DNA of 20,532 nucleotides from an uncultured Actinomycetes bacterium (GTDB taxonomy: Bacteria; Actinomycetota; Thermoleophilia; UBA2241), in NCBI GenBank assembly GCA_963767005.1, contig CAVYCN010000001.1, forward strand, positions 1 to 20,532, read 5' to 3'. The notes beneath the pieces are model-generated. The model ran no database searches, was not told where the DNA came from, and saw only the letters and a list, made by a program, of their open reading frames with translations. Within the stretch, counting starts at the first letter, position 1, and each line of letters opens with the position of its first letter. This document shows positions 16,258 through 20,532 of this stretch, one piece after another. Both the position numbers and the translations under genes were made by a program.

Positions 16258-17811
16258 ATGGAGCACGTCGGCTACGACATCACGGGCGGCGACTACCGCG
16301 AGGCGGGCGCCGCCTCGCGCGCGATCAAGACCCACCTCAAGGCGATCGGCGCCCGCTCCGACGCCATCCGGCGTGCCATGATCGCCGCCTACGAAGCCGA
16401 GATGAACGTGGTGATCCACGCCCACAAGGGCCGCCTCGAAGCCCGCTTCGACGAGCGCCGCATCGACATCGACGTGATCGACGAAGGGCCCGGCATCGCC
16501 GACGTCGAGCGCGCTCTCACGCCGGGCTGGTCCACAGCCTCGCCCGAAGCCCGCGCGCTGGGCTTCGGCGCCGGTCTCGGCCTGCCCAACATCCGCCGCA
16601 ACGCCGACACCTTCTCGCTCGAGACCGAGGTCGGCGCGGGCACCACCGTGCACTTCAGCGTGCAGCTCCAGCCCGAGGCGGTCACGGCACGGCCGGCGCT
16701 CTCGCTCGCCGTGAACGGCGAGCTCTGCCGCGACTGCCGCCGCTGCCTGACCGCCTGCCCGACCGGCGCCGTGCGCGTGCGCGACGGCGTGCCGACCGTG
16801 CTCGAGCACCTCTGCATCGACTGCACCTGCTGTATCGCCGTCTGCGAGTCGGGCGCGCTCGGCCTCGCCGCGACGGCGCCCGACGCGGAGCGGCTCGGCG
16901 CCGTCGCCCTCGCTGTGCCGCCGGCCTTCCTCGCCGGCTTCGGCGAGCGCATCCCCGCGACCCTCGTGTCCGACGCGCTCGCCGAAGCCGGCTTCGCCGC
17001 CGTCGCACCCGTCGACGGCTACGACGACGCCCTGCGCGCCGCGGTCGTCGCGCGCGCCGCCGGCGACGACGCCGCGCGCCCCGTGCTGTCGCCGGTCTGC
17101 CCCGCGGTCGTCGACCTGGTCGAGCTGCGCTTCCCGTCGCTCATCGCCCACCTCGCGCCCTACGCCTCGCCCTGGGAGGCCCTCGCCACCGCGACGAGCG
17201 CCGACACCGCCTATGTGATCTCCTGTCCGGCCCAGCGCAGCGCGCTCGCCGCGCGCGGCGTCGACGCGCCGCGGCGCACGCTCGAGCCGGCCTTGCTGCG
17301 CGACCTCGTGCTGGCCCGCCTCGCCGGCCGCCAGGGCGACGCGCCGGCCGCGATCGCGACGGCGCCGCCCGACGACGGCGTGCTGCGCGTCACCGGCATG
17401 CGCCACGTGCTGGCCGTGCTCGAACAGATCGAGGACGGCCTGCTCACCGAGCCGGTGGCGATCGAGCTCTACGTGTGCGACGGCGGCTGCTGGGGCTCGC
17501 CCCTGCTCGCCGACGACCCTTTCCTGTCGACGGCGCGGCGTGTGGCCGTGGCCGCCGCGGCGGCCACGGCCACCGCCGTCGCGCCGCTCACACCTTACGC
17601 CGCGCGCCCCGGCATCCGCCTCGACGCCGACATGGCCAAGGCCATCGCCAAGCTCGCCCGTCTCGACGCCGTGCGTCGTGCGCTGCCCGGCAAGGACTGC
17701 GCCGCCTGCGGCGCGCCCACCTGCGCGGCGCTCGCCGAGGACGTGGTGCTCGAACGGGCAGACGTTGCGCTGTGCCCCTACCGCTCGACCGACGGAGGCA
17801 ACGACCGATGA
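16258..17811 (+). CDS. RsbT/RsbW-like Ser/Thr kinase fused to 2x[4Fe-4S], degenerate [FeFe]-hydrogenase-like and C-terminal FeS domains
   Basis: Kinase motifs YEAEMNVVIHA, DEGPGI, GWSTA and GFGAGLGLPNI. Ferredoxin motifs CxxCxxCxxxCP and CxxCxxCxxxC. Hydrogenase-like motifs SPVCP, ISCP and ELYVCDGGCWG. C-terminal LPGKDCAACGAPTC...CP. Confidence 0.85.
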   Translation: MEHVGYDITGGDYREAGAASRAIKTHLKAIGARSDAIRRAMIAAYEAEMNVVIHAHKGRLEARFDERRIDIDVIDEGPGIADVERALTPGWSTASPEARALGFGAGLGLPNIRRNADTFSLETEVGAGTTVHFSVQLQPEAVTARPALSLAVNGELCRDCRRCLTACPTGAVRVRDGVPTVLEHLCIDCTCCIAVCESGALGLAATAPDAERLGAVALAVPPAFLAGFGERIPATLVSDALAEAGFAAVAPVDGYDDALRAAVVARAAGDDAARPVLSPVCPAVVDLVELRFPSLIAHLAPYASPWEALATATSADTAYVISCPAQRSALAARGVDAPRRTLEPALLRDLVLARLAGRQGDAPAAIATAPPDDGVLRVTGMRHVLAVLEQIEDGLLTEPVAIELYVCDGGCWGSPLLADDPFLSTARRVAVAAAAATATAVAPLTPYAARPGIRLDADMAKAIAKLARLDAVRRALPGKDCAACGAPTCAALAEDVVLERADVALCPYRSTDGGNDR

Positions 17812-18158
17812 ACCTCGAGACGATCGCCAGAGAGCTCGACCTCACCGACCTCACCCCGCAGCTCGACGCCACTGCCGAGGTGAGCAACGGCTACGCCTCC
17901 GACCTGCTGTCGGACGTGCTCGCCAACGCTCCCGAGGGCGGCGTGCTCGTGACCCTGCAGGTGCACCTGAACGTGGTCGCCGTCGCCAGCCACGCCGAGC
18001 TTGCCGCCGTCATCTTCTCGTCGGGTCGCGAGCCCGACGCCGAGGTGATCGAGAAGGCCACGGCCGAGGACCTGCACCTCTACGCCACCCGCGCCGACAC
18101 CTTCGAGGTCGTCGGCCGCCTCTACGCCGTGGGCGTGACCAGCGGGCGTGGCGCCTGA
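17808..18158 (+). CDS. DRTGG-domain protein (116 aa)
   Basis: GYASDLLSDVL...VLVTLQVHLNVVAVA motif. ATGA overlap and SD GGAGG; this is the C-terminal part of track ORF 16092..18158. Confidence 0.88.
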   Translation: MNLETIARELDLTDLTPQLDATAEVSNGYASDLLSDVLANAPEGGVLVTLQVHLNVVAVASHAELAAVIFSSGREPDAEVIEKATAEDLHLYATRADTFEVVGRLYAVGVTSGRGA

Positions 18159-18162
18159 AGCC

Positions 18163-18903
18163 ATGCGGACACTGCGCGCCGACTTGCACGTGCACACCGC
18201 GCTGTCGCCCTGCGGCGGCGACGAGATGTCGCCGCCGGCGATCGTCGACGCGGCCCTCGCGGCCGGCCTCGACATGATCGCCGTGTGCGACCACAACGCC
18301 GCCGGCAACGTGCGCGCCGTCGGCGAAGCCGCCGGCGCGCGCCTGGCCGTGATCGCCGGCATGGAGGTGACGACGGTCGAAGAGGCTCACGTGGTCGGCC
18401 TCTTCCCCACCGTGGCCGCCGCCGTGAACGCGGCCGACGAAGTGCGCGGCCTGCTGCCGCCGGTCGACGACGACTACACTCGTTTCTTCGGCGAGCAGTA
18501 CCTGATGAGCGCCGACGGCAGGCTTTGCGGCGAGGAGCGTCACGCCCTCGCCCTGGCGACGCCGCTGCCGCTCGACGCCGTCGTCGAGCTCGTCAAGCGC
18601 TTCGGCGGGCTCGCTGTCGCGGCGCACGTCGACCGCCCGACCTTCGGTGTCGTCTCGCAGCTCGGCTTCTTTCCGTTCGACGCCGGCTTCGACGCGGTCG
18701 AGCTGTCGCGCCACGCGCCGCCCGGCTCGCCCGCGGCCCTCACCGGGGCCGGCTACGGCCTGCCGGTCGTGCGCTCGTCCGACAGCCACTACCTGGCCGA
18801 CGTCGGCTGCGTCGCGACCGGTCTCGTGGCGCAGGAGCCGACCTTCGCCGAGCTCGCCCTCGCGGTGCACCATCGCGGCGGCAGGAGCGTCACCGATGCA
18901 TGA
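18163..18903 (+). CDS. PHP-domain phosphoesterase
   Basis: DLHVHTALSPCG, CDHN, GMEVTT.EEAH, AAHVDR and SSDSH motifs. Alternative GTG start at 18148. Confidence 0.9.
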   Translation: MRTLRADLHVHTALSPCGGDEMSPPAIVDAALAAGLDMIAVCDHNAAGNVRAVGEAAGARLAVIAGMEVTTVEEAHVVGLFPTVAAAVNAADEVRGLLPPVDDDYTRFFGEQYLMSADGRLCGEERHALALATPLPLDAVVELVKRFGGLAVAAHVDRPTFGVVSQLGFFPFDAGFDAVELSRHAPPGSPAALTGAGYGLPVVRSSDSHYLADVGCVATGLVAQEPTFAELALAVHHRGGRSVTDA

Positions 18904-19501
18904 CCTGTCGCTCTACCTGCTCGAGATGATCGAGAACTCGCTGCGCGCCGGCGCCGGCGTCGTCACCGTGCACGTCGAGATCGCGCCCGCACGCGACGAG
19001 CTCGCCATCCTGGTCGAAGACGACGGACCCGGCCTCGACGTGACCCCCGACCAGGCCGCCGACCCGTTCTTCACGACCAAGTCCGGCAAGAAGACCGGCC
19101 TCGGCCTGCCGCTGTTCCGCGAGGCCGCCGAGGCCGCCGGCGGTCACCTCGCCATGCGCCGTTCGGCCGCGCTCGGCGGCGTCGCGATCGAGGCCGTCAT
19201 GCGCCTCTCGCACGTCGACCGCCCGCCGCTCGGCGACGTCGTGCAGACCATGACCGTGATGGCCGCCACCAGCCCTCAGGCCGATCTGACCCTCAAGGTC
19301 GGCTCCGGGCCCGACTCGTGCACCCTGAGCGGCGCAGCGCTCGTCGCCGGCGGCGCCGGCGTCGAGCGCTGCGCCGCCATCCTGGCCGGCGCCGACGCGA
19401 CGCCCGGCCTGACCACCCCCGACGCCGTGCCGGCGTCCGACCCGACGAACCAGCCAGCAGAGACTGTGGACGTGCGAACCAGAAGAAGGAGCGTGGGATG
19501 A
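18896..19501 (+). CDS. stand-alone HATPase_c (histidine-kinase-like ATPase) protein
   Basis: N box EMIENS, G1 DDGPG, F box PFFTTK, G2 GLGL, followed by HVDRPPLGD. SD AGGAG; no HisKA domain. Confidence 0.88.
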   Translation: MHDLSLYLLEMIENSLRAGAGVVTVHVEIAPARDELAILVEDDGPGLDVTPDQAADPFFTTKSGKKTGLGLPLFREAAEAAGGHLAMRRSAALGGVAIEAVMRLSHVDRPPLGDVVQTMTVMAATSPQADLTLKVGSGPDSCTLSGAALVAGGAGVERCAAILAGADATPGLTTPDAVPASDPTNQPAETVDVRTRRRSVG

Positions 19502-20028
19502 CTGAAGTCCTGCAACAGTGCGGTTGCGAGGAAGCGACCGAAGAGGAGCTGCTCGCTCGCTTGGACGAGGTGATCGCGGGCTACCGGGGCAAGCCCGGCG
19601 CCCTGATCCCCGTCCTGCAGCTCGCCCAGGGCATCTTCGGCTACTTGCCCGAGGTCGCCCTCAAGCACATCGCCCGCGAGCTCGGCAAGCCCTACAGCGA
19701 GGTGGCCGGCGTGGTCGGCTTCTACTCGTTCTTCTCGACCGTGCCGCGCGGCAAGCACGTCATCCGCGTCTGCCTGGGCACCGCATGCTACGTGCGCGGC
19801 GGCGTGAACGTGCTCGACGCGCTCAAGAAGGATCTCGGCATCGACGTCGGCGGCACCACCGACGACCGCCAGTTCTCGCTCGAGGTCGGGCGCTGCTTCG
19901 GCGCCTGCGGTCTCGCGCCCGTCATCATGATCGACGACGACGTGCACCACCGCGTCAAGCCGAAGCGCGTCGGCGCCATCCTCGAAGAGTACGCAGACGA
20001 CGCCGCCGCGGCGGAAAGGAGCGCCTGA
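19498..20028 (+). CDS. hndA: NuoE-like [2Fe-2S] subunit (HndA/HydC)
   Basis: LIPVLQ..Q...GYLP, FYSFF, CLGTAC and CFGACGLAP motifs. ATGA overlap, SD AAGGAG. Confidence 0.9.
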   Translation: MTEVLQQCGCEEATEEELLARLDEVIAGYRGKPGALIPVLQLAQGIFGYLPEVALKHIARELGKPYSEVAGVVGFYSFFSTVPRGKHVIRVCLGTACYVRGGVNVLDALKKDLGIDVGGTTDDRQFSLEVGRCFGACGLAPVIMIDDDVHHRVKPKRVGAILEEYADDAAAAERSA

Positions 20029-20032
20029 GGTC

Positions 20033-20404
20033 ATGACCGAGAAGATCAGAAGCGCGGCCGACCTCAAGGCCCTCGCCGACCGGGCCAAGGCCTCGGTCGA
20101 GCTGCGCGACGGCACCAAGGACGTCCAGGTCACCGTGCATATGGGCACCTGCGGCATCGCCGCCGGCGCGCGCGGCGTCGCCGCCGCCTTCATGCGCGAG
20201 ATGGCGGCCGCCGGCGTCGACAACGTCACGCTGCGTCAGTCCGGCTGCGCCGGCCTCTGCGAGCAGGAGCCGATGGTCACCGTGCGCGACGCGAGCGACA
20301 CCCCCTACCGCTACGGCCTGCTCGACGACGACAAGGTCAAGAAGATCGTCGCCGAGCATCTCGTCGGCGGCGCGCCGGTCGACGCGTTGCTGATCAGGTC
20401 GTAG
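20033..20404 (+). CDS. hndB: thioredoxin-like ferredoxin subunit (HndB/HydD)
   Basis: VHMGTCGIAAGA, GCAGLCEQEP and EHL.GG.PV motifs. SD AAGGAG/GAGG. Confidence 0.85.
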   Translation: MTEKIRSAADLKALADRAKASVELRDGTKDVQVTVHMGTCGIAAGARGVAAAFMREMAAAGVDNVTLRQSGCAGLCEQEPMVTVRDASDTPYRYGLLDDDKVKKIVAEHLVGGAPVDALLIRS

Positions 20405-20432
20405 GAAGCTTCCGAGGAGTCAGGGAACCGAT

Positions 20433-20532
20433 ATGGAGCAGTTCAGAAGCCACGTCCTCGTGTGCACGGGCGGCGGTTGCATCGCCTCGGGGGCCCTCGC
20501 CGTCAGCGCCGCCTTCACCGAGGAGCTCAAGC
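20433..20532 (+). CDS. hndC: NuoF-like diaphorase subunit (HndC/HydB), 5' fragment truncated by the window end
   Basis: MEQFRSHVLVCTGGGCIASG... matches the typical N-terminus of HndC/HydB, and the gene follows hndA and hndB. Only 33 codons are visible. Confidence 0.75.
   Translation, partial: MEQFRSHVLVCTGGGCIASGALAVSAAFTEELK

Noticed and set aside
18163-18903. PHP protein as part of a defence system or a DNA polymerase
   Set aside because: It is a stand-alone PHP with the LSPC motif inside the hydrogenase-associated cassette, with no polymerase or defence ATPase domain.
19498-20532. Respiratory complex I nuoE/nuoF operon
   Set aside because: No nuoA-D genes lie upstream. The intervening HndB-like ferredoxin and the DRTGG/PHP/kinase cassette point to a soluble Hnd/Hyd-type complex.

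Overview
High-GC window whose gene content suggests an anaerobic actinobacterium (Thermoleophilia-like; this is inference from the B-box rhomboid, the APC-USP/trkA cluster and leaderless genes). The left part (minus strand) holds tRNA-Phe, two TrkA/RCK genes, an APC/KimA-like transporter fused to a USP domain, a small membrane protein, a K+-independent membrane pyrophosphatase and MTA phosphorylase. The middle holds a two-subunit CoA-transferase, an Rrf2-NifU pair, a MarR-like gene, a coupled thioesterase-rhomboid-M24 peptidase operon and a class III aminotransferase. The right part (15065 to the end, plus strand) is the most interesting. It is an operon with a clear sigma70 promoter overlapped by a Rex box. 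It encodes a Rex-DRTGG fusion, an RsbT-type kinase fused to Fe-S and degenerate [FeFe]-hydrogenase-like domains, a second DRTGG protein, a PHP phosphoesterase and an orphan GHKL kinase, followed by HndA/HndB/HndC-like subunits of an NAD(P)-linked, probably electron-bifurcating, complex that is cut by the window end. A switch-like RNA structure covering the hppA ribosome-binding site is a second candidate novelty. No CRISPR array or mobile element was seen.
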